A DNA stretch of 59,897 nucleotides, counting the filler, from Dugesia japonica (lineage: Eukaryota): assembly GCA_001938525.1 (NCBI GenBank). It is 4 parts of 4 records of this genome, joined end to end, with 100 filler letters (N's around TTAATTAATTAA, not from the genome) between each part and the next. Parts side by side here need not be neighbours in the genome. Positions count along the whole stretch, not along the records: positions 9,318 to 31,263 come from MQRL01579590.1; positions 31,364 to 44,982 come from MQRL01638189.1; 2 more parts are not named here. The stretch is one strand, 5' to 3'. Below are positions 26,028 through 39,283 of the stretch, one piece after another (within the stretch, counting starts at the first letter, position 1; every line of letters begins with the position of its first letter). The position numbers and the translations under genes were made by a program. The notes beneath the pieces were generated by a model, which worked only from the letters and a program-made list of their open reading frames with translations, was not told the DNA's origin and searched no databases.

Positions 26028-28740
26028 TCACATATTAATAAAAGAATAATTGACAATAAATATAAGCCAAATAATATTTGATCACCACCACACAATAACA
26101 TTGCTAAAAATATCCAATTATAATATAGTAATTGAAAATATTTTCAATTAAATACAAAAACTTTGATAAAAAATCGATGAATTTGAAACAGCATACATTT
26201 AATTTATTGATTGATACTAATTATACAAATAATTTTGGAATCGAAACAATTATTACTGATTGAAATACGAACAAAATATTTCAACTAATCAGCATTCAAC
26301 AAAACTATATGAAATGTAACATTTCATTTAAGTTGATTTCATTTGAGATTTATTTTTCCATTTATTTTATGAAATCACACCTTTAAAATTATTTTGAGGA
26401 AAATTAAGTAAACATAATTTTATCAATGATAAATGATTTCCTTTCCTTTAAATTAAAAAATTGCAAAATATAAATGAAATTTTATGTCCAAATTAATTAT
26501 TTAAAAAGATTTCTGTGGTTTAGATATCCAGTTGACAGTGCCTTAACAAGATTATGAAGCGCTTTTAGTTAATGCGTGATTTGCGTTTTCCGGTAACTCA
26601 ATAATGACAAACATTTTAACGTAAGAGGTCGAATTTGGCTAAATTGGACAAAATAAAAAAGCTATTTTAACAAATTTCCGAAAATTAATTTTTTTATGAT
26701 GTAAAACGTTATGCTTTAAAAGTTTTACGAAGAGAAAATTTTTAAATTTTAATCTCAGATAAAAAAAAACTATTTTAACAAATAAAAAAACTTAAAAAAT
26801 AAACTTTTGGAAACTAAATTACAGATATTAGCCATTTAATGAAATTCATCATTCTCCATGATTAAGATAGAATTATGCATACACTGTTCATTCATTTTTT
26901 TGAAAAATTCAGATAAAAAATAAATAAAAAGATAAATAAAATAATATGAAACATACTATTGCAGTAAACGTAAATAAAAATAATTTTACAGAAACCTGCT
27001 AACAAACAATGAAGTTTAATTTAAAACGTTACATTTAATTATCTAAATGTTATTGTGTTTTTGAAGTTATAATTATAATTTTAAAAATTAATGTTGATAC
27101 TTGAACATTTTGAACATTTTTGTACCATTCGATTCTGAATCAAAAACTTTTTCTACATTACCTAAGGGACTATTATTTAAAGTGCTACCATCTCATAGTA
27201 TTATACTTCCTTCCACTGGTAATTGGTAAAAAATTTATACCTCGGGTTATATGATTAATACATTTGTTTTAATTTTTCGGGAGCAATTTAATTTAAAATT
27301 GTTTATGGATAAAAATTGTATTTATGTTATTTTAGGNGATGAAACGTTTTTAGATTTACTTTGTGTTGTTAATTTATTTTCATTAATAAATGTTATTATT
27401 GACAATTATAAATTTACTAAAATAAAAACAAATGCTGAATGTAAATATTTATTAATAAAACATTTAAAACTATACACGTTTTAAAAGTTTTCTTTGCGAA
27501 CATATTTGAGCTGTAATGGTTGGTAAGTTTAAAAATAATACAACGCAATATATTAACAAAAAGCTCTTAGTTGCACACGAACTGTATTTGAATGGCTTTA
27601 CTAGTAATAAAATACAAATTGACTGAAATAAATTTTTGATTAAAAACATTGATTTTTATACCACTATACAATTTTAATATGGATATTTCAACGATAATTA
27701 TCAAGGTAGTCGGCAAGTTGTTGTGAATGGATTTTGATATCTAATTTTGTTGTACACAAGAAGTTTTTTATAATTTCGAAAAATGGGATATCAACAATAG
27801 CGTTTAATATCATGCAAACAGATCAAATACCATTATGTGTGTACGTTTATTGTTGTCTACGGTTTGTTGAATTTACTGAATGAAAACCAGTATAATTGAG
27901 AATGGTTTCGTTTACAATACGGCAGGATCCTATGAAAATGTTCCAATATTGAATATTTTTGTTTATGTTATCTTCAATTAGATTATATTTTTTAATGTTA
28001 TTTTTAAATTGTTGGATTTATCGTAAGTGAAGCATATGATAAATAAAAAATAAATTATCAATGCCAATAATATTAATAATTTTGGTTGGGAAGCGAATGT
28101 TAATATCAAGGTTTTCTATCACACAAGTTTAAATTTATTGTTTTATTTATTCTGACTCCCAATTTTCCTGTTGTAAAATAATTTAAACAATAGCCATGTT
28201 ATAATTTAGTTTCTATGTTTATTAGAATGCATCAAAGCTTCATTATTATTTATGTTATGGCTAATTGCTTGATTAATTGGATAAAGAATTAAGTTTTACC
28301 CTGTTCAATAGTGGTTTTAAATTGCTTTTATTCATTTTTAAAATGGTGTTTATTTATGGTATTCATTATATTCATTAAATGAGATCCAACAACATGATAC
28401 AATTGTTAACAAAAAAAAGAACAAATTGATCACAATACCAATGAAATTAACTAGTTTTGCAAGCACGCGCGAAATATTTAAAATAGATGATTTTTAAAAC
28501 ATTACAAAGTATGTAGTTTTTCATTTTACAATTTTCCGCTAATATATTTGTATCTATTTAACAACATCTTTATATCTATTTAACAAATCTTTGTTTTTTT
28601 TATCAATCTCGAATTATTGATTTCGGAAAAATTCCTAGCTTTTCTACGTCTTTAATTGATTTATGTTTGATTTCTTATATTTCTAGATTTTATTAAAATA
28701 AAAAAAAGCTTCGATCAAAATAAAATGTATTTACAAAGAA

Positions 28741-28774
28741 ATTCAAATACTCGACACTTGTCTTCTTCAGGAAT
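28741..28774 (-). ncRNA. Degenerate minimal hammerhead ribozyme (Penelope-type)
   Basis: ATTC-CTGAAGA-A-GAC-AAGT-GTC-GAG-TATTT-GAAT: stems I and II retained, GAAA box damaged. Confidence 0.55.
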
Positions 28775-29310
28775 GATGACTTTTTTATAGAATCAAAATG
28801 ACATTAGATATTTGCTATAAAATTCTTTATATTTCATCAAAATTTTATTGGTCTATTTAAATTATAATTTTGTTATTTTTAAATTTTAAAATTAAATCAC
28901 AAAAAAATCTTTTCTAATGAAATTGTTTTGGAAATCTTTTGACGGTTTTTTCAAAACCAAACTAATATATTAAAATATTAAACTATTTAAAATATGTATT
29001 TTTATTTATTTAAATGTTAAAATATTTAAATTATTTATTTTTTTAATTAAATTATTTTATTTAAATATTATTTATTTTTAAATATTTAAAATATGTATTT
29101 TACAATATTAAAACTTTAAAACACTTTAATATAAAATTATTTTCTTTTATTTCAACTTTTAATAAACATTCATAAGCTTCTCCAAATTCATATTACAACA
29201 AGTTTGTTATCAATTATATTTTATAATCTTTTTTAATTTTTTATAAGATTAAATTATTTAATATAAAAGCTTTGATCAAAATTTAGGCTTTAATTATTGA
29301 TATTGGATAA

Positions 29311-29347
29311 CAATTCGATATTTAGACCTTGTCTTCGTCAGGAATTG
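29311..29347 (-). ncRNA. Minimal hammerhead ribozyme with a G12-to-T substitution
   Basis: CAATTC-CTGACGA-A-GAC-AAG-GTC-TAAA-TA-TC-GAATTG: 6-bp stem I, 3-bp stem II. Confidence 0.7.
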
Positions 29348-29369
29348 ACTTTTTTTAAAATAAAATAAA

Positions 29370-29992
29370 AAACAACAATATTACAAATATGATAACAATG
29401 CAATCACAACAAATTATTAAAAAACGTAAAATATCCAAAACATCACTTATAAACAAACGAATGAGACGAAATGGAACAATATTTCAAAAATGATTTGCGG
29501 TAAAACTGAATAAAGTATTTTTGCTAGTCCATCACATCAAGAAGTTATTGAAAATTGTGCATTGTAAGATATGTTTATGATGAATTTAATTTCCAAATCA
29601 CAAAGCAATGTAAAGTTTTTTATATGGATCACAAACTGAATATTTGGATTTGAATGATACTTTATTGTATATTTATGTGAAGGTAGTTGATTGGGCGGGT
29701 AAAAATTTGACTGACAAACATGATGCAGTTCCTAGTAACTATATACTGCATGTGCTTATTAAGGATGTAATTCTTTCATTTAATATTTTCAAAATTGAAG
29801 GTGTAAATGGTACTTGTATTTTAAAAGGCATTCATTGAAACTATATTGAATTAAAGTTGTGACAGTAAAAATAGTGTATGGATTACAGCAAAGGGTCAGA
29901 AGATGACAGAAAAATGTCTATTAAAGCATATAAACCATTGTCTCTATGTGGTTTCTTGCAACTTAACTTCATGGATGAACTGAAATATCTTA
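29370..29992 (+). pseudogene. Polinton fragment: basic tail of the virion protein plus major capsid N-terminus (ATG 29490)
   Basis: KKRKISKTSLINKRMRRNGTIFQK* then MICGKTE*SIF..P..Q..IE...EYLDLNDTLLYIYVKVVD..GKNL...VPSNYILH...LCGFLQLNFMDELKYL; colinear with ~39410-40010 (-). Confidence 0.88.
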
Positions 29993-30352
29993 AAATCATA
30001 AAAATATAAAGCAGTTAATTGATCTTTTTTATAATCATAAACTTGCCTTTGTTATTTTCATGAATAATTACTTGTAAATGCAACAAAATACTACGTTGCA
30101 GTATTTTAAAATTATTTTATCATAAAAATCTTTCATACCATAACTACATATAATGCGTTGTGGTATTTTAAGATTTTTTAACAATCTTATTGACTGGTTA
30201 CCAAAAATTTGCAACAAATGTGTTTTACTGAATAAATTTTGTCAGAATTTACAAATTTTTTTACAAATCAAGAAAAAATTACTATCGAATTATTGTAAGT
30301 TTTTTATTTATTTTTCAATTTATTTTTGTTATTTTATTCTTATTTTATTTAG

Positions 30353-30712
30353 ATAAGATGACCTACGAAAATAAAAAGAATTTAATTTCGAGAAAACGAT
30401 TATGTAAAGAAGTAAGTTTATATTTTATTTTAAAGATAATATATGTCAATTATATATTTAAGGCTATAAATATAGCGGAAGAAGAATATAGGGCAGCTGC
30501 TACTGAAAATATGAAGAAAAAAAAATTTATTACTTTTAATATTTGATTATTATTAATATTTTCATTGTTTTAGTTGTTACAACTTTTGCAAATCAATACC
30601 GAACCGTCTGCTGTCAATCTATGCTCGTCAAAAAATGTTGGAAATGCGAGCCGAATCATTCCTGTGTCGGATAATAGCCTGATTACTGCGATGGATCTGA
30701 ACCCAATGAATA
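30353..30712 (+). CDS. Probable short-intron gene of unknown function (partial, perhaps decayed)
   Basis: Exon-like blocks bounded by TTTAG acceptors and GTAAG donors about 50-60 nt apart; one donor is not canonical. Confidence 0.35.
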
Positions 30713-30795
30713 AGTTGATAAAAAAATTGTTTTTATCGATTTTTATTTATTTACATTTATTTATTTTCAATTTATAGAAACTTTTTTATATTAAT

Positions 30796-30798
<3 letters not shown>

Positions 30799-30857
<59 letters not shown>

Positions 30858-30907
30858 NNNNNNNNNNNNNNNNNNNNNNNNNNNNNNNNNNNNNNNNNNN
30901 NNNNNNN

Positions 30908-30960
<53 letters not shown>
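30799..30960. repeat. (AAT)n microsatellite with internal gap
   Basis: Seen directly. Confidence 0.98.
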
Positions 30961-30961
<1 letters not shown>

Positions 30962-31263
30962 TTGGGGTGAAACACTCACTAGAATATAGAATAATCAATA
31001 GCAGAAGTCACAAAGAAGGATATAAAGCAAAAAAGCACCATGAAAAGGAAATGAAGTCAAAATAAAGAAGATACGGGGAAAATAGAAACCAATTATGATC
31101 AATAATTAAGAAAAATTTATTAAATGAAAAGGATGAACAAGAAAAAATAATATAGAAAATAATTAATTAAAATGAAAAAATTAATTAATTTTCAAACAAA
31201 AAATTAACAAAATTAGTCAAAAATATGTTTTTTGCCGATAACTCCGGTCCCGGATGTCAGAAA

Positions 31264-31363
31264 NNNNNNNNNNNNNNNNNNNNNNNNNNNNNNNNNNNNN
31301 NNNNNNNTTAATTAATTAANNNNNNNNNNNNNNNNNNNNNNNNNNNNNNNNNNNNNNNNNNNN
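31264..31363. other. Artificial scaffold linker
   Basis: 44 N + TTAATTAATTAA (31308-31319) + 44 N. Confidence 0.95.
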
Positions 31364-32293
31364 TAATTATATTTATTTAATACTTACTAAAAATAACCAG
31401 AGTGGAGTCTTTGTATATTTTTATTATAAGATATAACCCAAAATAACCAAAGTATTTGTATATTTTCATGATAAAATAGCCAGAGCTAAGCCGATGGATA
31501 TTTACATGATAAAGTATTCAAAGAGGAGAGACTTTGTTTATTTTTTTATTTAAAAAATCATAAAGTGTAGTACTTTTTTTAAAAATAATAAATACCTTAT
31601 AAGACTTTATTAGTAAGTAAATTTTTATTTAAAAGTAACAAGTTTTATTAAATTCTTTTAGGAACGTATAAGTAAATATTTTTTAAAAAGTAAATTTTAA
31701 ANAATTTTTATTAAAATTAACAAGTTTTATTAAATTTCTTTAAAAATGTGACAGTTTTATTTAATTTTAATAAAAATCAAAAATAATTATTAAATTTCTA
31801 TAATAAATATGAATAATGAAATGCAATATATTATATATGCGTAATATATTTAATTACTTAAAAATTAAATTTATAAATTTCAATTGATATAATTTGTACT
31901 TGAGTTGTACTTATATTGCATCTGTATTACGAATTTTCTAAATGGGTTTTCAACCAAATTGAGTAAATTTTATTTAATGTTATCCACAAATCTTTGAAAA
32001 TACAAATCTTTTTTATTGAGAGTATGGGTTTATAAATGTATAGGAATTTTTTAAAAAAAACATGTCCTATTTATATAATTCAGATCATAAAATCATATAA
32101 AATCAAATCATTTAAAACGAATTACATTCAATCATACGAATTAAAATGAATAATAACTATTCATTTACTTTGAAACCGGTAATTTTTTATAGAAACTAGC
32201 AAATAACGAATATGTATGTATGTATCATAGTGAGTAGATAAGCAGTAGTTTTCGTAAAATAAATCAATTTTACAATTCAAAATTATTATCAAT

Positions 32294-32541
32294 ATGAATC
32301 ANNNNNNNNNNNNNNNNNNNNNNNNNNNNNNNNNNNNNNNNNNNNNNNNNNNNNNNNNNNNNNNNNNNNNNNNNNNNNNNGAAAATGGTCCGATGAGTAA
32401 ACTAGACCATTTTGAATTTATTGTCCAATCAATATTCATGAACAAAATTAAGAAAGAATTGGAGAGACAAAGAGAATTAAATTTGTTGCTGTAACTCTAT
32501 TCACACCCATTGTGTTGTTTTATTTGTATAAAAGAAATTGA
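32294..32541 (+). pseudogene. Frameshifted homolog of the 959-1273 tail-anchored protein
   Basis: MN...ENGPMSKLDHFEFIVQSIFMNKIKKELERQR, then in another frame IKFVAVTLFTPIVLFYLYKRN*. About 200 bp upstream also matches 1275-1470. Confidence 0.8.
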
Positions 32542-32899
32542 TGTAGTTATTTTTTATATTGATTAATAAATAGAGATGGCTTATTATCAATCTTTATGAA
32601 ACATTTAGAGTCCGCCTAGTCAAAGTGATTGTAAATAATGGTAATGAGATAAATAAATAGTTACGTGTTGTACATTTTTTTGGATGTTGTCAATAATTAT
32701 GCACATCTGAAAAATAATTTGTGAAACAAAAATGTTAATATTATGAATTTAATTTAAAAGTGTAGTAAATCAATAACTAACATTATTTGAAAAAAATTGC
32801 CTACATCGATAAAAATTGACATTTTCAGGGTTGTCAAAAAACTTTGTCATCAGACCCATTGGTTTCCTGTGTAATAAATCAAATGGTTATTTAAAAATA

Positions 32900-34889
32900 C
32901 AATAAAACCAATAAAGCGTCTTCATTACACGCACTACATACAATGAAAACATATAATACATACACTAAACCGTATGAATCTTATACATTATAAGCCGAAT
33001 GACTATTATACATACAAAACAAAATTAATATGTTTTATGCACACAGAAAACTAAGGAGTATTATACACACTATTAACCCTATAGAGTTATATAATACACA
33101 CACTAAACTCAACAGAGTTTCTTAATTACACACAATAATTCTTAAAGAGTAATAACTACATAATACACTCAATATAGTCGTATAATACATACAATAAACG
33201 TAATAATGTCAAATAACTCACCTACAACAAGCCTTATAATGACACTAAATATACACACAAATAACTCAATTGAACTAGTTAAAACATACAATAAATCCAA
33301 TACAAACAGTTAAATACATACAATAAACCAACTAGAGCCATATAATACACGCAATACATCAAATATACTCATAAAATATACTCATCTCTGTAAATAATGT
33401 TACAGAATCCCAGGGGGAATATTAAAATTTTATACATATTTATCTATCTTTGCATCATAAGTACATGTTAACCAATGAAATGTAAGTTAAACAAAGGACT
33501 GATATAAACTTAACAATTGATTAGTAACGCATTTGTATAAAATTATAGACGATATGATTGAACATATAACTTCACCGGTTCAAGGTAATAATAATAACTA
33601 ATATTAATACAAATAATTATTTAATCGTATCTGATGTTCAAGAAAACGTTGTAGAAATAGTTGGAATAAATTGATCGATAGAGGAAGAAATGAGCGATAC
33701 TCACCTAAATAATGTCATTATTGATGAAGATATACAACCAAATAATGACAATATTGATGAAATATTGTCGGATACACCTACCAATAAGGAAATAACTGAT
33801 TTTCAGTCAATTGAGGAAGAAAATGATAAAGAATTGACTGATAAAGCCACATTGATTAAATTTTCAAGCGTCTAATGCATTTTTTAAATAAATTTTTCTC
33901 ATAATTGTCTTTTGGGTGTTATCTTACATAAATATTTTAATTGTAATACATAGATATTGATAAAATATTTCAAAATTTACTTGAAAGTAAATAAATAAAA
34001 ATTAGAAGTAATATATTATAGAGGCCGGTGAAATATTTTATAAATTAGATAGAAGTCTACAAAAATATATTAAAAATTAAATAGAGGTAATTAAACGCTT
34101 TTAAAAATTACATAGAAGTCTGTGAGATTTTACAAAAAATTACATAGAAATCGGCGAAATTTTCTAAAAATTACATAGACTTCAGTGAAATTTTATAAAA
34201 ATTACATAGAAGTGTGTGAAAATATAACAAAGTACTTGTATGTGTGTTCATTTTTTATTAAATATTACATGTGCAACACGAATGCAATACATATATGCAA
34301 CATAAATACATTTTTAAAATAAATATCATTTTTAAATAATTTTGTCTATTTATAATTTGTAAGTAGTAAAATTTACCATCTGCATCATAAATACAACATA
34401 AAAGAATTTTAAAATCTTTCATAATACTTTTTAAACAATTTTATCTACTTATAATTTGTAAATAGTTAAATACGACATCTGCATCATAAATGCAACATAA
34501 ATATATTTTTAAAATTTTTCATAATCATTTTTAAGTAGTTTTGTCTAATTATAATTTGAAAGTAGTAAAATATAACATCTACACCATAAATGCAGCATAA
34601 AGAAATTAAAAATTCTTTCATAATCAATTTTAAAAAATTTATCCACTTATAATTTATGAGTAGTTAAATATGAAATCTACAACAAAAAGATGATAATTAA
34701 ATGAAAAAAATGAAAATGAAAACCCTGAAATACTTAAACAGGTCCAAAGGTCAAACCCGTACAATTGCACATGGGTCAAAAGTCAAATCCCGAAATCCAT
34801 AAACAAAGTCTAGAATACTTAATTCATAAACACTTTGCCGACAGGGGAAAGAGGGAAAGGGTGTTTATGTGCGCCTTTTTTACACTACT
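32900..34889 (+). mobile_element. Repeat-rich element arm (degenerate acidic ORF, ~33-bp and ~100-bp tandem arrays) ending in ACTACT; paralog of ~45350-47337
   Basis: 33240-33285 ~ 45942-45987 and 33491-33980 ~ 46204-46760. The ~100-bp unit recurs at 34377, 34476 and 34576. Both copies end GTGCGC...ACTACT. Confidence 0.55.
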
Positions 34890-35324
34890 TCTTATGGTTT
34901 CAAAGGTTCAACAAGAATATATTTTTATACTTGTCATTTTCTCTGTATAATTATTAAAAAAAATATATAAAAAATCGTAGATTTTGAACATTCAAAATTA
35001 CATGGTAATTAATTAAATTATACAGTTTATCAATTATATTTAAACTTAAATTTAATTTATATTGATTTATATATAATGAAATTTTCAGACAATAATTTTT
35101 AGATATTATTTTTCAGACATTAATTTTTTATAACATCGGATTTTACAGAATATTGTTATTAATTTGTTTTGCGTTTTCTTAGTAAAAAATAAAAAAAATG
35201 AACAACATTTTTTTGAAATTAAAGCATATATTTTAGTATACTACAAACCCATGCAATAAAATATTTCATTTGTAATGTTGCTTTTTGTTGTAAATGGATC
35301 TTGATATACAATTTTATTGTACAC

Positions 35325-35797
35325 AATTAGTTTTGATAATATCAAAATCTGGAGCAAGAACAAATGTAAAGAAGGGATGATTGTTCTTAAAATCATTAAG
35401 TGTTATTCCACAATTCAGATTCTTATCCAAATATCCCATATTTCTTACTATAAATTGCAATTGAAAGTTAATAATTTAATAATTTGTGTTGTGGTATAAT
35501 TATCGCTTGGAAAATCACGAGTATATATTTCTCGATAATCAGTGTTTTTGTCAAGGAAACAGAAACAGTATCTAGATTTTGAAATGTTGAATTCGAGATT
35601 TTATACTTACCATTATATTGTTCTCCACTTTGAAATGTAACTAGAATAAAATTAGTCAATGAAAGATCACCAAAGATTTGTTCTTTATAAAACTATGAAC
35701 TATTTTTACTATTGCAAATGCGACGTATTCCTTGGTTCTTATCGGATAAATAGCATTTTGCTTTTTTAGTCCTAATTGATGAGCAGCTAATACTGAG
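35325..35797 (-). pseudogene. Polinton major capsid protein (double jelly-roll), C-terminal part
   Basis: SVLAAHQLGLKKQNAIYPIRTKE...QIFGDLSLTNFILVTFQSGEQYNGKY...NCGITLNDFKNNHPFFTFVLAPD fits the MCP motifs AHxxxL..A.YP, NGxY and FDLxPD. Confidence 0.85.
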
Positions 35798-38700
35798 TGT
35801 TAGGTAAATCTTCAATTGTTAATTCATTTTGCAAATCAGAATTCATATTGTTAGAAATTTTTTATTTTACTACTACAAACTATACTTAATNNNNNNNNNN
35901 NNNNNNNNNNNNNNNNNNNNNNNNNNNNNNNNNNNNNNNNNNNNNNNNNNNNNNNNNNNNNNNNNNNNNNNNNNNNNNNNNNNNNNNNNNNNNNNNNNNN
36001 NNNNNNNNNNNNNNNNNNNNNNNNNNNNNNNNNNNNNNNNNNNNNNNNNNNNNNNNNNNNNNNNNNNNNNNNNNNNNNNNNNNNNNNNNNNNNNNNNNNN
36101 NNNNTTCAAATCTGTCTTGGCTTTTATTTTTTGTTTCTACCTTGATGAGTACAAAATGAGTAAGATGAGTAAGAGTAAATGTTCTACCATACAAGTAATG
36201 TTTGAAATGTATACAGAAATAATAAACAGCCAATTACTTCTTTCGTGTAATGCATTAGCCTTTCTCATAACTTGTCATTAAGTGTGATCCATAGGCAACA
36301 AGTCTTTCTCTTCCTTCTTTATCTCTCTGTGACAATACTGCTCCACTTGTATCGAAACTAGCATCTGTATCTAATATAAATTCTTTGTTTATGTCCGGAA
36401 AACACAATATTGTTTCAGTAATTAAAGATTTTTTCAGACCCTCAAAAGTATCGTTTATTTCATCTGTCCATTCTAATTTCTTGTTGCTTNNNNNNNNNNN
36501 NNNNNNNNNNNNNNNNNNNNNNNNNNNNNNNNNNNNNNNNNNNNNNNNNNNNNNNNNNNNNNNNNNNNNNNNNNNNNNNNNNNNNNNNNNNNNNNNNNNN
36601 NNNNNNNNNNNNNNNNNNNNNNNNNNNNNNNNNNNNNNNNNNNNNNNNNNNNNNNNNNNNATCCCTGCTAATTATGTGTCCAAGAAACTTGATTTCGCTT
36701 AGAAGAAACTGACACTTTTCCGGATTAATTCTTATACCAGCCTTCATTATTTCCATCAATACTCTTTCAATTACTTCATAGTGTTGATCTTTGTTGTTCG
36801 TAAATATCAGTATGTAAACAAGATAAACCATGGCTTCATTGATTCCACCTACCACTTTTGTCATCATTTCCTCAAAAATATTTAAATAATCTTCTTTTTC
36901 CTTTTCAATTATATTCAGTATTCTCGTTTTAATCTTCCCTTTCTTGTCCCTGGTGCTGCTGCGATGCCAAATGGCATTCTATTAAAACAATATTGCGCGT
37001 GCTTCGTTGAAAACGCCGTTTTTTCTTGAGATTTGTCTTCGAGCTCTAACTGATAATATGCATTTCCCAAATCTATTGAACTGAAATATTTGGTTCCATC
37101 NAACTTGTTCAGCATTTCATCGACATTAGGCACCGGAAAAGCTTGTCTTTTCGTTACAGCATTCAATTTTCTGAAATCCAAACATACTCTTATGCCTTTC
37201 TTTTCCTTTATCCAAACACATATCAGTGGAGTATTCCCTGGAGAGTTGCATTTCCGGATAATATTATTCTCGAAACGGTATTGGATAGCTTCTTCAATTT
37301 TAGATTCTAAGTTCATTGGTTGTCTTAACGATTTTTCATTGATTGGTTCACCACTTAAGATTATTTTGTGTCTTGTCAGATGTGTGCGTCCTACATCCCA
37401 TTTATTTGCCATAAAAGCATCTTCTTTACTTTCAATTATTTTCAATGACCGCTGATCCTCTTTAATCTTAAAAATATTTAAGGCTCTTTTTAATCGCTCT
37501 CCTTTTTTAATTTGTCTACCGAATTTCGCTTCAATATTACAAATGTAATTTTCTACTTTTCATCCGTTTTGCTGTTAACCTTTCGCATAAGCTGATATCC
37601 AAAATTCTTCTGCATATCTATTCCTTCTATCAGATCTGGTGTTACTCTTTCAGCAACTAAGAAAGTAATCTCTTTGCAAACTTCATCAATTATCATCCCG
37701 GTTTTAACTTTCCAAACAATTTCAAGTGTACTATTATTTGCACAACGCAATCTTTCATCACTCATTTCTAAATTTCCTTATCATAATTTATTAAAACAAC
37801 TCAAACTCATCTCATTAATTCGAGACCCTGTATCTAATAGACATTCTACTTTTTTTCGTTGAATTGATACCGTAGCACTTGGTCTGCTTTGCAATTTATG
37901 GTAAGAAATATTTGTTTTCTTTTTTGCTTCAACTGTTTCAACCCATTCTACTTTTCTATCATCTGCAAAATTTTTCATCTTTAAGAACCTATATACTTTT
38001 CTGTAACTTTTCCTATATCATCCCACTTTTCGACTCCTTGAGAATAATTACTAACTTCATTTAACAATGAATGACTCCAACCTACTCCTCTACTAGTAGA
38101 GCTCTGCCTTTCGGAATCACTTTCATATGCTTCCTCATATCCATCGTTTGTACTAACATCTTCATCTTCAATTGCATGTACTCGATTATATCGGTTTCTT
38201 GATCTTTCTGTAGTCATAAATTTCTCACCTGTTCTTTTCGCTTTCAAATTTGTGTAGCACTCTTCTGCTCTATGTCCACCCTAACCACATTGTTTACACC
38301 TCACTTCTTGACATAACCTTCTAATATGACCAACCTTTCCACAACCAAAACATTTTGTTGGTTTTTTATTTGGACAATCTCGACTTATATGTCCTGTTTT
38401 ATGACAAGTCCAGCACTCTACTCCTTTTTTGTCGGACAATTTACTTTAGTATGACCGATCTTATGACATAACCAACATTCGGTATTTTGTTTTCCCTTNN
38501 NNNNNNNNNNNNNNNNNNNNNNNNNNNNNNNNNNNNNNNNNNNNNNNNTTCGATTTGTAACTCTCACGTAACTTCTAACTGCATCAACTCGATCTCTGTT
38601 TTTCTCTACTCAATCTACTAACATCATCATTTCTTCAATTTCTTCTATATTCTATCGTTTCCGCCAATTCACTTTTTCTTCAACTTTTTTGTTATCTGAT

Positions 38701-39283
38701 CAATATACTAGCATCTTTGCAANNNNNNNNNNNNNNNNNNNNNNNNNNNNNNNNNNNNNNNNNNNNNCTAAATCTTTTACATTTCTAAAATAAACTTGAA
38801 TCTCTTCATTTCCACGTCTGTAGTTAATCAAATTTTGAAAATTTTTGATAAAATCTTTCTTTTTCTCAAATGCCATGCGTAAACGAGCCTGAAAACCTTC
38901 AACGTTTTTCAACGTCTTTGCATATTCTTCCACCAAATCTTCATCTAACAAACAAGAGACTAATCTCTCTTGTTGTTTCACATGAGTGATGTTTTTAGCT
39001 TCAAAATNNNNNNNNNNNNNNNNNNNNNNNNNNNNNNNNNNNNNNNNNNNNNNNNNNNNNNNNNNNNNNNNNNNNNNNNNNNNNNNNNNNNNNNNNNNNN
39101 NNNNNNNNNNNNNNNNNNNNNNNNNNNNNNNNNNNNNNNNNNNNNNNNNNNNNNNNNNNNNNNNNNNNNNNNNNNNNNNNNNNNNNNNNNNNNNNNNNNN
39201 NNNNNNNNNNNNNNNNNNNNNNNNNNNNNNNNNNAATTAACTCAATTTCTATTGGCTCAAAAAATAATAATTATTTCCTCATA
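35798..39283 (-). mobile_element. Ty3/Gypsy LTR retrotransposon (gag-PR-RT-RNase H, integrase not seen) inserted in the MCP gene
   Basis: CCHC knuckles (~38260-38480), LLDTGS, CLDFRKLN, SIDLGNAYYQ, RMPFG and ILDTDAS...FKHYLYGR. CTGAG is duplicated at 35793-35797 and 39284-39288; plus-strand ends are TGTTAGG...CCTCATA. Confidence 0.93.

Noticed and set aside
27680-28450. Hydrophobic, receptor-like decayed coding sequence
   Set aside because: Stops in all frames; AT-rich DNA gives hydrophobic translations by chance.
30772-30998. Poly-I, poly-L and poly-Y ORFs
   Set aside because: Translations of an (AAT)n microsatellite.
37090-38064. Plus-strand ORFs over the Gypsy element (likewise antisense ORFs at 39691, 41460, 43440, 54809)
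   Set aside because: Antisense shadows of identified element genes.
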